From the IMG/VR virus record IMGVR_UViG_3300049347_000001, positions 1 through 61,186 of that record: a stretch of 61,186 nt of DNA, one strand, 5' to 3'. Position 1 is the first letter of the stretch. Each line of letters begins with the position of its first letter. The translations under genes were made by a program, and so were the position numbers. This DNA comes from a virus. Positions 49,524-57,934 of this stretch are shown here, piece by piece. The notes under the pieces are model-generated. The model was given only the letters and a program-made list of their open reading frames with translations, did not search any database and was not told where the DNA came from.

Positions 49524-49960
49524 GCCGCACCGCCCATCTTCGCGATGCGGTCGCGGACGATGGCCAAGCGCAGCACCGGGTCCTGGCCGACGGGAACCGT
49601 CACCAGACGCGTGCCGTCCTCGCAGACCATCGAGAAGGCCTCGAAGTGCTCTCGCAGCATCGGGTCCAGCGTGGCCGGGTTCCACTCCTCCAGCTCGACG
49701 TCGTGCTCGGCAACCAGGGCGGCCAGCGTGTCGCGGGCCTCCTGCTCGTCGGCGAGCCGCTCGATGTCGGCGAGGCGGGCCCGGGTCGCGGCGACCATGT
49801 CGCGCAGACGGGCCGGCGTCACGTCACCGAAGTCGGCGAGCTGCGGGTCGGTCGAGGCGACGAGGGACAGACGGCCGGTGTCGGCGTCCGTCATCACCTC
49901 GGCCTCGAGGGTCAGGCTCACAGCGCGCACCACGGGGTGCGATAGGTTGGCGTTAGCCAT
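49520..49960 (-). CDS. Hypothetical protein, 146 aa (first gene of this leftward unit)
   Basis: Track ORF 49520..50080 trimmed to ATG 49960 (GGGAGA RBS). Confidence 0.6.
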   Translation of the reverse strand: MANANLSHPVVRAVSLTLEAEVMTDADTGRLSLVASTDPQLADFGDVTPARLRDMVAATRARLADIERLADEQEARDTLAALVAEHDVELEEWNPATLDPMLREHFEAFSMVCEDGTRLVTVPVGQDPVLRLAIVRDRIAKMGGAA

Positions 49961-50109
49961 CAGGGTCTCCCTAGCAGGTACCTGATCGGTTAGGGCCGGC
50001 CTGCGATGTAGGAGTCGCGGTGTCCGGCCCGATCTTCTTTTGTGCAGCGCCCGCGGACTGGGTCCGGTAGGAGTGGGCACAGCGAGTAGGCCGCGAAGCC
50101 GGGGGCTTT

Positions 50110-50197
50110 GCGTCTACTTTGTTGCAGGACCAGCATGGCACGGGGTCACCCCGAGCCGCAAGAACTGACGCCATGAAAGACGCAACAAAGTAGACGC
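50110..50197. promoter_or_regulatory. 16-bp perfect inverted repeats flanking a 56-bp spacer in a divergent control region
   Basis: GCGTCTACTTTGTTGC (50110-50125) and GCAACAAAGTAGACGC (50182-50197), read directly. Confidence 0.5.
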
Positions 50198-50231
50198 GGA
50201 ATCTGGTCGGGCAGCGCCCTCGCGTGAGAAC

Positions 50232-50504
50232 ATGCAGGACATGGCAGCGAAGACCCCGACACCAACCGCAGAGATGGCAGCCGCGCTCCGAAAGGTCGAC
50301 AGGGCCGCCGCTGCCCACGAGAAGACGCGCCACCGTCTCGAAGAGGCCGTGGCTGAAGCGCGCGAGCTCGGCTGCTCGTTGACGATCGTCTCGGAGCATG
50401 CTCGCTACAGCAGGGAATGGGTACGCAAGGCGACTGCCAGGTTCCACGACCAGCAGGGTGCCGCGACCCGAGTGGGCGACGAGTTGGACCATGCCACTGA
50501 GTGA
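50232..50504 (+). CDS. Small HTH-like protein, 90 aa
   Basis: ATG 50232 (alt 50241); AVAEARELGCSLTIVSEHARYSREWVRKATARF HTH-like; first gene of the plus-strand island. Confidence 0.55.
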   Translation: MQDMAAKTPTPTAEMAAALRKVDRAAAAHEKTRHRLEEAVAEARELGCSLTIVSEHARYSREWVRKATARFHDQQGAATRVGDELDHATE

Positions 50505-50609
50505 ATCGCGCGCTTCGAACCGTGACCACGTGAGCCCGGTGCAGCGCCGATGCAGCAGGAGTGCAGTCGCAGTGCAGTACGCCCGAAACGATCAGGCAAG
50601 GGGCGCAAA

Positions 50610-51245
50610 GTGGACGTCGTAACGTGGACCGGCCGCGACGCATGCGCCTTGCAGCAGGCCCTCCGCATGACGAACGACGACTTCGCCGACCACCTCGGCG
50701 TCGCCGTGCGCACGGTGGCGAACTGGCACTCCTCCCCCGGCACCGTGCCACGAACCGAGATCCAATCCGCCCTGGACACCGCTTACGAGAGGTCGACCGC
50801 ATCGGTGCAACGACGCTTCAGTCTTCTAACCCGCCCCGGCCCTGGTGCCGTCGAGGCGCAGGCCCTGCGGGTAGCGATCGCCGTAGTCCTGCGCGGAGAT
50901 GACGTGCTCCTCGTCTGCCGTCGCGGGGACGGCGAGATCCGCTGGCAGTTCCCCGCCGGCATGGTCAAGCCCGGCGCAGACCCTGCCGCCGTGGCCGCGC
51001 AGGAGACGCACGGCGAGACGGGCGTGCACTGCCGGGTCCGCGAGCAGCTGGGCGAGCGCGTACACCCGGTCACGGGCGTCGTGGCCACGTACTACCTGGC
51101 CGAGCACCTCGCGGGCGAGGCGGCCAACCGGGACCCGCTGGAGAACATCGACGTCACCTGGGCGCCCCGCTCGACCCTGACCCGCTTCATCCCCGCCGAC
51201 CAGATCTTCCCGCCCATCCTGAGCGCCTTGGAGGTTGCCGCATGA
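50610..51245 (+). CDS. XRE-type HTH fused to a degenerate Nudix domain, 211 aa
   Basis: Track ORF 50550..51245 trimmed to GTG 50610 (AAGGGG RBS). WTGRDACALQQALRMTNDDFADHLGVAVRTVANWHS = HTH; Nudix-box region GMVKPGADPAAVAAQETHGETGV lacks the first E, the R of RE and one E of EE. Confidence 0.7.
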   Translation: MDVVTWTGRDACALQQALRMTNDDFADHLGVAVRTVANWHSSPGTVPRTEIQSALDTAYERSTASVQRRFSLLTRPGPGAVEAQALRVAIAVVLRGDDVLLVCRRGDGEIRWQFPAGMVKPGADPAAVAAQETHGETGVHCRVREQLGERVHPVTGVVATYYLAEHLAGEAANRDPLENIDVTWAPRSTLTRFIPADQIFPPILSALEVAA

Positions 51246-51658
51246 CGACCGAGACGAAGACCGAGAAGCCCGGCATCTCCGCGGCCATCATCGTGGACCA
51301 GGGCTGCGTGCTCATGGTCAGGCGGGCCGTGAAGGAGGGCGAACTCTCCTGGCAGTTTCCGGCCGGCGCGATCGAGGCCGGGGAGGCGGCCGACGAGGCG
51401 GCGGTGCGGGAGACGCTCGAGGAGACTGGCCTGACAGTCAAGGCGATCCGGCAGATCGGCTACCTGGAATCCCACCCGAAGTCCGGCCGGGAGATGTTCT
51501 ACACGGCCTGCGAGGTTCTCCAGGGCGAGGCCAAGGTCGCCGACGCTGACGAGCTGGACGCGGTCGCCTGGGTGACGCTGGAGGAGATCCCGCAGTACGT
51601 GCCCTACGGGCTGTTCGGGCCGGTGCAGGAGTACCTCGACGCCACCCTCGGTCGTTGA
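51242..51658 (+). CDS. Nudix hydrolase with canonical Nudix box, 138 aa
   Basis: ATGA overlap with the previous gene; GAIEAGEAADEAAVRETLEETGL fits GX5EX7REUXEEXGU exactly. Confidence 0.85.
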   Translation: MTTETKTEKPGISAAIIVDQGCVLMVRRAVKEGELSWQFPAGAIEAGEAADEAAVRETLEETGLTVKAIRQIGYLESHPKSGREMFYTACEVLQGEAKVADADELDAVAWVTLEEIPQYVPYGLFGPVQEYLDATLGR

Positions 51659-51665
51659 GGCGGTC

Positions 51666-51824
51666 ATGAACGAGGAACCGACCCCCGGCCTGGCGGACAC
51701 CGAGACACGGACGGCCACGTTGCCCGACGGTACAACGATGGTGATCGCCGTGAAGCGCGGCCTGTCGCAGGATGAAGTGGATCTACTGGCGGCGCGGCTG
51801 TGGCAGGAGACACCCGGCACCTGA
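51666..51824 (+). CDS. Hypothetical small protein, 52 aa (below track cutoff)
   Basis: Own translation MNEEPTPGLADTETRTATLPDGTTMVIAVKRGLSQDEVDLLAARLWQETPGT*; followed by a strong terminator. Confidence 0.4.
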   Translation: MNEEPTPGLADTETRTATLPDGTTMVIAVKRGLSQDEVDLLAARLWQETPGT

Positions 51825-51834
51825 CGGCACGGCA

Positions 51835-51871
51835 GAAGGCCCCCGCTCGCGGTGTGCGAGCGGGGGCCTTC
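51835..51871 (+). terminator. Terminator hairpin closing the Nudix island
   Basis: gaaggcccccgctcgc-ggtgt-gcgagcgggggccttc: 16-bp perfect stem. Confidence 0.75.
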
Positions 51872-52086
51872 GTCATGCTCACCGTCGTCTGGCGGGCGGC
51901 CCGTAGGGGCTCTGCCAGGCGGGCCGGTCGCGGCGCTGTGAGGCCGCCGCACGGGTGGCCCGTGAGCGCGGGCGGACTCGCCGACGCCTGAACGGAGTAC
52001 CGACATTCCACAGGTCACACACAAACCGGGAAGTAACAACGAGGCTCTGTCTACCAGCACCAGCCCACCCTCGTTCTGGAGTCCGT

Positions 52087-52461
52087 ATGCTCACCGACGT
52101 CTGCCTCATCTGCCTCATCGTGTGTGAGAGCGCAGCAACGCTTGCGCTCCTGGTCGGGCGCATCGCGCCATGGCGCTGCCATGGCGCGATGGCCTTCCTC
52201 AAGGGTCTCGGCACCGTGCTGGCCGTCTGGGCCCATTGGACGGTCTTGGCCTACGTCTGCGCCGGCTTCACGGCGTTGGGTGCGTGGAAATGGTGGAACA
52301 GCGGGGGCGGTGACGGTACCCGACGCCGGCTTAAGTCCTGGGCGCGCCGCTTCCAGGGAACCCGCCGCACCGCCCCCTCCCTTGTAGCGTCCGTCCGCGG
52401 GTCAGCGCGCCGAGGGTCTGGACTTCGGCGGCCGGTGCGGACCGCATGGCGTCGTCGCTGA
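52087..52461 (+). CDS. Small membrane protein (about 3 TM), up to 124 aa
   Basis: ATG 52087 with GGAG RBS within track ORF 51955..52461; LICLIVCESAATLALLVG, GLGTVLAVWAHWTVLAYVCAGFTALGAW; the 3' end overlaps the convergent ORF 52331..52519, so the true stop is uncertain. Confidence 0.45.
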   Translation: MLTDVCLICLIVCESAATLALLVGRIAPWRCHGAMAFLKGLGTVLAVWAHWTVLAYVCAGFTALGAWKWWNSGGGDGTRRRLKSWARRFQGTRRTAPSLVASVRGSARRGSGLRRPVRTAWRRR

Positions 52462-52519
52462 CGGCGTAGTCGGTCAGGGCGTTGTCGATCTGGTCGAGGA
52501 TGTGGTCGGCGGTGCTCAC
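52331..52519 (-). CDS. Hypothetical protein, 62 aa (last gene of the long leftward early operon)
   Basis: GTG 52519 in GTGA overlap with stop at 52516; first about 40 codons have high GC3; ends in a rare TAA. Confidence 0.4.
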   Translation of the reverse strand: MSTADHILDQIDNALTDYAVSDDAMRSAPAAEVQTLGALTRGRTLQGRGRCGGFPGSGAPRT

Positions 52520-52755
52520 GGCCGGGCCTCCTTGGGCGGGTTGCTGGTTCTCATGATGGCCAAGCAGTCGAGGTTGTCGGCCTCCTGGTCGATGGCGGCT
52601 GCCGCGGTTTCAAGGTCGCAGTCGGAGTCGTCGGCAAGAGTCCGGCAGGACTCGGCAATGGCGCGGAGCAACGCGACGACGGCGTCGGCGCCGAGGTAGG
52701 CGTGCCCGTCGGCGAAGGTGACGATGGGGAGGCGGTCGGTGGCGTGGCCGGTCAC
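52516..52755 (-). CDS. Hypothetical protein, 79 aa
   Basis: Track ORF 52516..52929 trimmed to GTG 52755 (GTGA overlap with stop at 52752). Confidence 0.5.
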   Translation of the reverse strand: MTGHATDRLPIVTFADGHAYLGADAVVALLRAIAESCRTLADDSDCDLETAAAAIDQEADNLDCLAIMRTSNPPKEARP

Positions 52756-53369
52756 GCCGCCCGCCTCTCTGCGAGCGGTAGCTGGAGCGCCTCGGAGTGC
52801 CCGTACTGGGTCGAGCAGCCGGGGCAGCGGACGCCAGCCGTGTCGAGGGTGATGCGGAGAACGTGTCCGCAGATGCAGGTGACGGGGACGCGGCGGGGCG
52901 GCTTTTCGCCGCCGGTCGCGGTCACGCACTGGAAGCGGATCCTCGACACCTCGCCCGCGAACTCGTCGAAGGCGCCGTGAGCTTCAGCCGCCCACGGCAG
53001 GAGGACGCGAAGCCGGTGGACGACCTGGTCGCACTGCTGCTGGAGGTCGCCGTCCCAGCGGGGGTACCGGTAGCCGAGGGTCTCGTGCCAGTCGACGAGC
53101 CACGTCTGGAGGATGGTGATCACGCCGCCGCGGGCTGCCAGGGAGAGCGGGTCGAGGCGCAGCGGGAGGGGTGCGGTGCGGCTTCCGGAGACGGCGGGGC
53201 CGGCCATGCCTGCGCCGGGCTGGAGGCTGTCGGACAGCTTGGCGTACAGGCCGTCGGGCCCGGCGAGGGCGGCCAGGTTGGAGCCGACCCTTTCGGTGCA
53301 CGGCTGGCAGGCCTGGTGTCCGAGTTCGTCGGCGTAGAGGTCGCGGTGGCAGACGGTGCAGGCGTTCAC
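52752..53369 (-). CDS. Zinc-ribbon protein, 205 aa
   Basis: GTG 53369 with AAGGAG RBS; CTVCHRD..CQPC at the N-terminus and CICGH..CPGC at the C-terminus. Confidence 0.6.
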   Translation of the reverse strand: MNACTVCHRDLYADELGHQACQPCTERVGSNLAALAGPDGLYAKLSDSLQPGAGMAGPAVSGSRTAPLPLRLDPLSLAARGGVITILQTWLVDWHETLGYRYPRWDGDLQQQCDQVVHRLRVLLPWAAEAHGAFDEFAGEVSRIRFQCVTATGGEKPPRRVPVTCICGHVLRITLDTAGVRCPGCSTQYGHSEALQLPLAERRAA

Positions 53370-53406
53370 GGCGTGCTCCTTGCGGGCGTGCGGGCGGGGC
53401 GGTGGT

Positions 53407-53583
53407 TCAGGCGCGGTACAGCGGTTCGTTGCGCAGGTGCGGGGCGAGGATGGCGAGGGCGCGTTCGGCGGGGGTGGGTTCTGGCGGCGGGATGGGGAGG
53501 CCGTTGTCGAGGTACCACCAGTCGCCGGGGTAGATCGGCCAGCTGGCGTGGATGACCTTGAGGGGAAGTTCGGGCGCGGCCAT
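53407..53583 (-). CDS. Hypothetical protein, 58 aa
   Basis: Track ORF trimmed to ATG 53583 (ATGA overlap with upstream stop). Confidence 0.45.
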   Translation of the reverse strand: MAAPELPLKVIHASWPIYPGDWWYLDNGLPIPPPEPTPAERALAILAPHLRNEPLYRA

Positions 53584-54278
53584 CACTCGCCCTCCTTCTC
53601 GAGCGGCCAGCGCCGATCGTTGCCGGCGCATTCGGCAACGCTCGGGCCGGCTTCGGGCCCGTACCACTGATAGCTGTCCGTGTAGCGGGCCACGTTCTTG
53701 GCGGCTTGCACGAGACGCATGTCGTCGGTCGCTTGGGTCGCTGCCGGGCCGGGCGTGGTGTGCTGGCAGTGGACGCCCGTGAACTTGTTGTTGATCCTGC
53801 ATCGCTGCCGTTGCCGGTCCTCCCACATTCGGAGTTCGGCGGCGTGCTCAGGGCGCCGGGTGGCTGCGGCGGCGAGGAGTTCGGCGGTCTCGCAGGCGGT
53901 CGACGTGTACGCGGGGATGTCGAGCAGGGCGAGGATGTGATCGGGGAGTTGTTCCCGCCGGTCGCCGGGTGGGGGTGGCGTCCAGGCTGTCGGGCCGGGT
54001 GCGGGCTGGTCGAGGGCGCGGATGGTGTCGCAGGGCCAGGTGGTGTCGTAGCCGAGGCGCTGTCCGTGCGCGCAGTAGACGCAGGTGTCGCCGTGGCTGG
54101 CCTTCCGGTGGAGGGCGCGGACGCGGGTGAGGGCGGCTTCGGCGCGTTCCAGGTCGGGGACGATGAGTTGGACGTGGCGTTTGTTCCCGGCGGCGACGTG
54201 TTCGAGGGTGGCGATCCGCGCGTACAGGGCGTCGAGTTGGTCGCTGGTGAGGTTGTCCAGCGGGATGCGGTCCGTCAT
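53583..54278 (-). CDS. Hypothetical Cys-containing protein, 231 aa
   Basis: Track ORF 53583..54329 trimmed to ATG 54278 (ATGA overlap with stop at 54275). Confidence 0.6.
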   Translation of the reverse strand: MTDRIPLDNLTSDQLDALYARIATLEHVAAGNKRHVQLIVPDLERAEAALTRVRALHRKASHGDTCVYCAHGQRLGYDTTWPCDTIRALDQPAPGPTAWTPPPPGDRREQLPDHILALLDIPAYTSTACETAELLAAAATRRPEHAAELRMWEDRQRQRCRINNKFTGVHCQHTTPGPAATQATDDMRLVQAAKNVARYTDSYQWYGPEAGPSVAECAGNDRRWPLEKEGE

Positions 54279-54508
54279 GTGGCGTCCTGGTCGTCGGGGC
54301 GTATGCCGATCGTGAGGGTGTGTCCGCAAAGGCCGAGGATGCCCTCGGCCCAGGTGAGGGTGAGCGTGGCGCGGCCGGTGAGCATTTGGTTCATGTGCTT
54401 GGTGGAGCAGCCGAATTGGCGGCAGGCCTCGGCTTGGCTGATGCCGGCGGCTTGGAGTGCGGCGCGGACGTGGGCGCGGAGTCGGTCCTCGGCGGTGGCC
54501 TCGGTCAT
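54275..54508 (-). CDS. XRE-type HTH protein, 77 aa
   Basis: Trimmed to ATG 54508 (ATGA overlap); AGISQAEACRQFGCSTKHMNQMLTGRA = HTH. Confidence 0.6.
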   Translation of the reverse strand: MTEATAEDRLRAHVRAALQAAGISQAEACRQFGCSTKHMNQMLTGRATLTLTWAEGILGLCGHTLTIGIRPDDQDAT

Positions 54509-54726
54509 GGGGTGGCCTCGTTCCAGTGGCGGATCATCTCGTCGAACGTCGCGTTGACGGCGGCTTGGTCGGCGAGTTGGTCCCAGTCGGGCGTGGGTGC
54601 GGGGTCGGGGAAGGGGCGGGCGAGGCGTTCGGCGGTGACGGCCGCGCGGCGGAGGCTGGTTCGGATGCGCCGGCCGATGCACCAGCTGGCGGCGAGGGCG
54701 AGGACGGCGATCAGGGCGGCGGTCAC
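54505..54726 (-). CDS. Small membrane-anchored protein, 73 aa
   Basis: Trimmed to GTG 54726 (GGAGGAAA RBS); VTAALIAVLALAASWCIG TM. Confidence 0.5.
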   Translation of the reverse strand: MTAALIAVLALAASWCIGRRIRTSLRRAAVTAERLARPFPDPAPTPDWDQLADQAAVNATFDEMIRHWNEATP

Positions 54727-54824
54727 GGTTTCCTCCGGTTCCAGATGGCGTGGATGGCGAGTGTGAGTGCGGCGAGGGCGCTGATGCCGGGGCATGCGAG
54801 GCCGACAGCGGTGGCGGCGGTCAT
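54723..54824 (-). CDS. Micro-ORF, 33 aa, single TM
   Basis: ATG 54824 in ATGA overlap, stop in GTGA overlap; own translation MTAATAVGLACPGISALAALTLAIHAIWNRRKP*. Confidence 0.3.
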   Translation of the reverse strand: MTAATAVGLACPGISALAALTLAIHAIWNRRKP

Positions 54825-55027
54825 GGGGTGGCCTCGGGGTCGATGAGGTTGGCGGCCCACTGGGTGCCGTTGTCGAACATGTCGACGTGGATCGCCGGCA
54901 GATCGGTGGTGCGGATCTGCTCGGCGAGTTCGTGCGCGAAGGCGTCGAGGTTGGCTTCGGCGCGCGCTGTGCTGAGGCCGCCCTGCTGGAGGTAGGCGAT
55001 CAGGCGGGCTCGGACGGTGATGGTCAT
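54821..55027 (-). CDS. Hypothetical protein, 68 aa
   Basis: Trimmed to ATG 55027 (GAAAGGA RBS). Confidence 0.5.
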   Translation of the reverse strand: MTITVRARLIAYLQQGGLSTARAEANLDAFAHELAEQIRTTDLPAIHVDMFDNGTQWAANLIDPEATP

Positions 55028-55082
55028 GCCGGTCCTTTCGGTGGGTGGCCGCCCCGGGGTGGGCGGCGGCCGACGGGCACGG

Positions 55083-55364
55083 TCAGGCGAGGGTTGCGGC
55101 GCGGCGTTCGGCTGCGATCCGGCGGAGGGTTGCTCGGACTTCGCCGGTGGCGACCGCGATGGCGATGTCGGCGATGCAGTCGACGCACACCCAGTCGGCG
55201 GCGTTCTCCAGGTGGAAGGCGGTGGCTCCGTCATGGAAGACGCGGAACTGCATGCGGCTGCTGGTGAAGGAGCAGGTGCCGATCGTCTGGCCGCGTCCGC
55301 AGTCGCAGTCGCCGCCGAGTTCGCCGATGACGGGCGTGGCTTCGGGGGTGAGGTTGTACTTCAC
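55083..55364 (-). CDS. Cys-rich small protein, 93 aa
   Basis: GTG 55364 with GAAAGGAAG RBS; GGDCDCGRGQTIGTCS..WVCVDC. Confidence 0.55.
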   Translation of the reverse strand: MKYNLTPEATPVIGELGGDCDCGRGQTIGTCSFTSSRMQFRVFHDGATAFHLENAADWVCVDCIADIAIAVATGEVRATLRRIAAERRAATLA

Positions 55365-55627
55365 GGGGCTTCCTTTCGCATTGGCGGCCCTGAGGGCCTC
55401 TCTGTCACTTCTGGCACCACGGGGACCCGGGAGGGGAGTTCGACGCTCCTAGACCCCGCCAGGGCCCGTCTCGGGCCTCTCCCGGTCCGTGCGGAGATCT
55501 GCCGCCACGCCCACACCCCCGCGTTCCCGGCGGCCGCACCCAGCAGCCCGGCCAGCACCACGCCGGCGGTGAGTGCGAGGAGCAGGCCGGTGATGACGAG
55601 GTCACCGACCTCCCACGCCGACGTCAC
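55361..55627 (-). CDS. Small membrane protein, 88 aa
   Basis: Trimmed to GTG 55627 (GTGA overlap); GDLVITGLLLALTAGVVLAGLLGAAAG TM. Confidence 0.5.
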   Translation of the reverse strand: MTSAWEVGDLVITGLLLALTAGVVLAGLLGAAAGNAGVWAWRQISARTGRGPRRALAGSRSVELPSRVPVVPEVTERPSGPPMRKEAP

Positions 55628-55977
55628 GGCCGGGCCTCGGCGCGGGCGACGGGCCAGGACCAGCCCATCCGCGACCGGTGATTCTTCCCGCCGTGCCCGG
55701 CCGGGAGATTGCACGGACGGGGCTCGTACCGGGAGGGCGTCAGGTGAGCCGGGCCGCCCATCGACCCGCACTCCGGTTCGCCGGGGTTGGCGAAGTCCTT
55801 GAAGTGATCGAGGTGCCGCAGGGTGCTGGCGTCGTCGCGGTAGTAGCAGATGTGCGCCGTGCAGCTGCCGCAGAAGTCGCACTCGCCGCATTCGTCGAGG
55901 AGCCAGGGGTCGACGAGGATTCCGAAGTGGGCGGTGTAGCGGCGGTTCGCGCAGGGCGTCTTCCAGGAGCGGGTCAC
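55624..55977 (-). CDS. Cys-rich protein, 117 aa
   Basis: Trimmed to GTG 55977 (GTGA overlap); DECGECDFCGSCTAHIC. Confidence 0.5.
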   Translation of the reverse strand: MTRSWKTPCANRRYTAHFGILVDPWLLDECGECDFCGSCTAHICYYRDDASTLRHLDHFKDFANPGEPECGSMGGPAHLTPSRYEPRPCNLPAGHGGKNHRSRMGWSWPVARAEARP

Positions 55978-56810
55978 GGCTGGGCCTCCTTCGGCTGCTG
56001 CGCCCCGGTGCCGGGGCAGTGCCGGGTGGGGCCGTCGGGTCGCTGCGTCCAGTCGTGTGGGGCGTGGGGCTGCCGAGTTGAGATCGCGATGTCGCAGCGG
56101 ATCACCTTCGGCTGCTGCGGGTTGACGGCGGCAGGCGGGTCGGCGTCCGTGCCGCGCTGCCCGCCGAGGAGGGCGCGGGCCTCTGCCTGCGCCGCCCGGT
56201 AGCCCTCGCCGTAGGCGCCCTTGCCGATCTCGGACCATGACCAGATGAGCGTGCGGCCGATGCGTGCCGAGTCGCTCTGCCATGGCTTGGGCGTCGTCTC
56301 GTCGGCCGCCCGACCCGACACGACGGCAGCGGCGTCGGCCATGCGGCGGAGTTCGGTGGCGGCGTCCTCGCGGGCATCGCAGGAGGCGCACGGCTTGCGG
56401 CCACCGCAGCCCTCGTTCATCGCCTCAACGAACACGGCGGCTTCCCGCAGCACTGCCGTCCGGACGGTCTCCGGCGTGGGCTCGATCCCCATCCGCAGGG
56501 CGAGCGCGCCCGTCAGGTGCTCGGCGAGGTGCTGCCGGATCTGAGCGTGCTGAAGGCTGGCGAGCCGGGCGGTGCGCTGGAAGTCGGCGAGCGCGTCGTA
56601 GATGGCGGTGGTCAGTGCGGCCGTCCGGTTGGGGGTGGGCGCCTGCCCGACAGACGAGACGGCGGACAGTGCGGCGGCGATCTTGTCGCGGAGTTCACAT
56701 CCCGCACAGCCGTAGTTCGCAGCGAGGTTGTCGTGGCGGGCGACGGAGCCGTGCAGGGCGGAAAGGTAGTTCTCGGCGTCGCGGAGGAGCCGGGCGGTCT
56801 GGTCGGTCAT
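55974..56810 (-). CDS. Hypothetical protein, 278 aa
   Basis: ATG 56810 with GGAGAC RBS; no domain recognised. Confidence 0.6.
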   Translation of the reverse strand: MTDQTARLLRDAENYLSALHGSVARHDNLAANYGCAGCELRDKIAAALSAVSSVGQAPTPNRTAALTTAIYDALADFQRTARLASLQHAQIRQHLAEHLTGALALRMGIEPTPETVRTAVLREAAVFVEAMNEGCGGRKPCASCDAREDAATELRRMADAAAVVSGRAADETTPKPWQSDSARIGRTLIWSWSEIGKGAYGEGYRAAQAEARALLGGQRGTDADPPAAVNPQQPKVIRCDIAISTRQPHAPHDWTQRPDGPTRHCPGTGAQQPKEAQP

Positions 56811-56916
56811 CGGGTCTCCAGGGGCAGGGCCGGAACAGCCGGCGGCAGGTGGGTACGGTGGGTGCCAGGCCCGGCGGTGGTAACGACACCGCCGGGCTGC
56901 TCCACGGAATGGGTGG

Positions 56917-57261
56917 TCACGGAATCAGCGCGTCCTGCACGGCCTCGACAACCGGCACCGACTCGGACTCCTCGTCAGGCAGCGGCGGCGGGTTCACCTC
57001 GAAGTGCGCGCCCGCCCAGTTCCGCTCGCACATGTCGGTGAAGCTCAGCCAGTTCCGGCGGACCTCGCGGCCTACGACCGTGGTGAGCGTGCCGTCCGGG
57101 TGGAGCGTGCAGTCGAACGGCGGCAGGCCCTCGGTGTGCACTCGGATCGGGGTCGGTACGGCGGGCAGCTCAGGTGGGGCGGGAGCCTCGACTGGCCCGG
57201 CCGCTGCGTCGAAGCCGGCGTTGCCCCGGCAGTGCGGGCACATCTCCTCATGCCGGCTCAC
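56917..57261 (-). CDS. Hypothetical protein, 114 aa
   Basis: Trimmed to GTG 57261 (GTGA overlap with stop at 57258). Confidence 0.5.
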   Translation of the reverse strand: MSRHEEMCPHCRGNAGFDAAAGPVEAPAPPELPAVPTPIRVHTEGLPPFDCTLHPDGTLTTVVGREVRRNWLSFTDMCERNWAGAHFEVNPPPLPDEESESVPVVEAVQDALIP

Positions 57262-57860
57262 GCCGCACGCTCCGTCCGGCGCTTCGTCAGCCCGTTGCGC
57301 TGACAGATCCACCACGCGTGGCGCAGCGTGCACTTCGTCCGCTGGGAGATCAGTTCGTAGGTCAGCCCATGCAGACGTAGTTGGATCACCGCGGCTTCCA
57401 GCTCGGCGGCACTGACCCGCTCCGGCCGGTCGCCGCCCGCGGTGCGCTCTATGGCCATCTCGTCGATGTCGTGGTCGCCGCGGTTGCAGGTGCGGCAGTA
57501 GCGGCGCCCGTCCGTGGTGGGGATCACGTCGTGTCCGTTGTGGCGGTACGTGAACTGCTTCTCGTTGTACGTCATCTCGGTGACGTACCGGCATGCGCGG
57601 CAGTAGCGGGCGCCACGCCGGTCGCAGCGCAGGTTCGTTGCGTCCAGCGTGTGGCCGTGCTTGCACGTGGCCGGGATGACACGGGGGCGGGGTTGGCGCG
57701 GCTTGGCCTGTGTGGCGTGCGGATTGGGTGGTCCGTCTTCCGGTCGGCCGTGGTAGATCCAGCGGGTGTAGCAGGCGACGCAGTAGCCGTGGCCTCGGTG
57801 GGCGGCGGTTTCTCTGCAGCAGGCGCAGACGATGGTTCGGCGTCGGGTGCGGTCGTTCAC
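57258..57860 (-). CDS. Multi-zinc-ribbon protein with C-terminal HTH, 200 aa
   Basis: Trimmed to GTG 57860 (AGGAGA RBS); CACC..CVAC, CKHGH..CRAC, CRTC clusters; ELEAAVIQLRLHGLTYELISQRTKCTLRHA = HTH. Confidence 0.6.
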   Translation of the reverse strand: MNDRTRRRTIVCACCRETAAHRGHGYCVACYTRWIYHGRPEDGPPNPHATQAKPRQPRPRVIPATCKHGHTLDATNLRCDRRGARYCRACRYVTEMTYNEKQFTYRHNGHDVIPTTDGRRYCRTCNRGDHDIDEMAIERTAGGDRPERVSAAELEAAVIQLRLHGLTYELISQRTKCTLRHAWWICQRNGLTKRRTERAA

Positions 57861-57934
57861 GGTTGTCTCCTGGTGGGATGCTGGTGGTGCACCCACGCCC
57901 CTTCGCCGGGCGTGGGTGTCTGCATGCGGGACGA

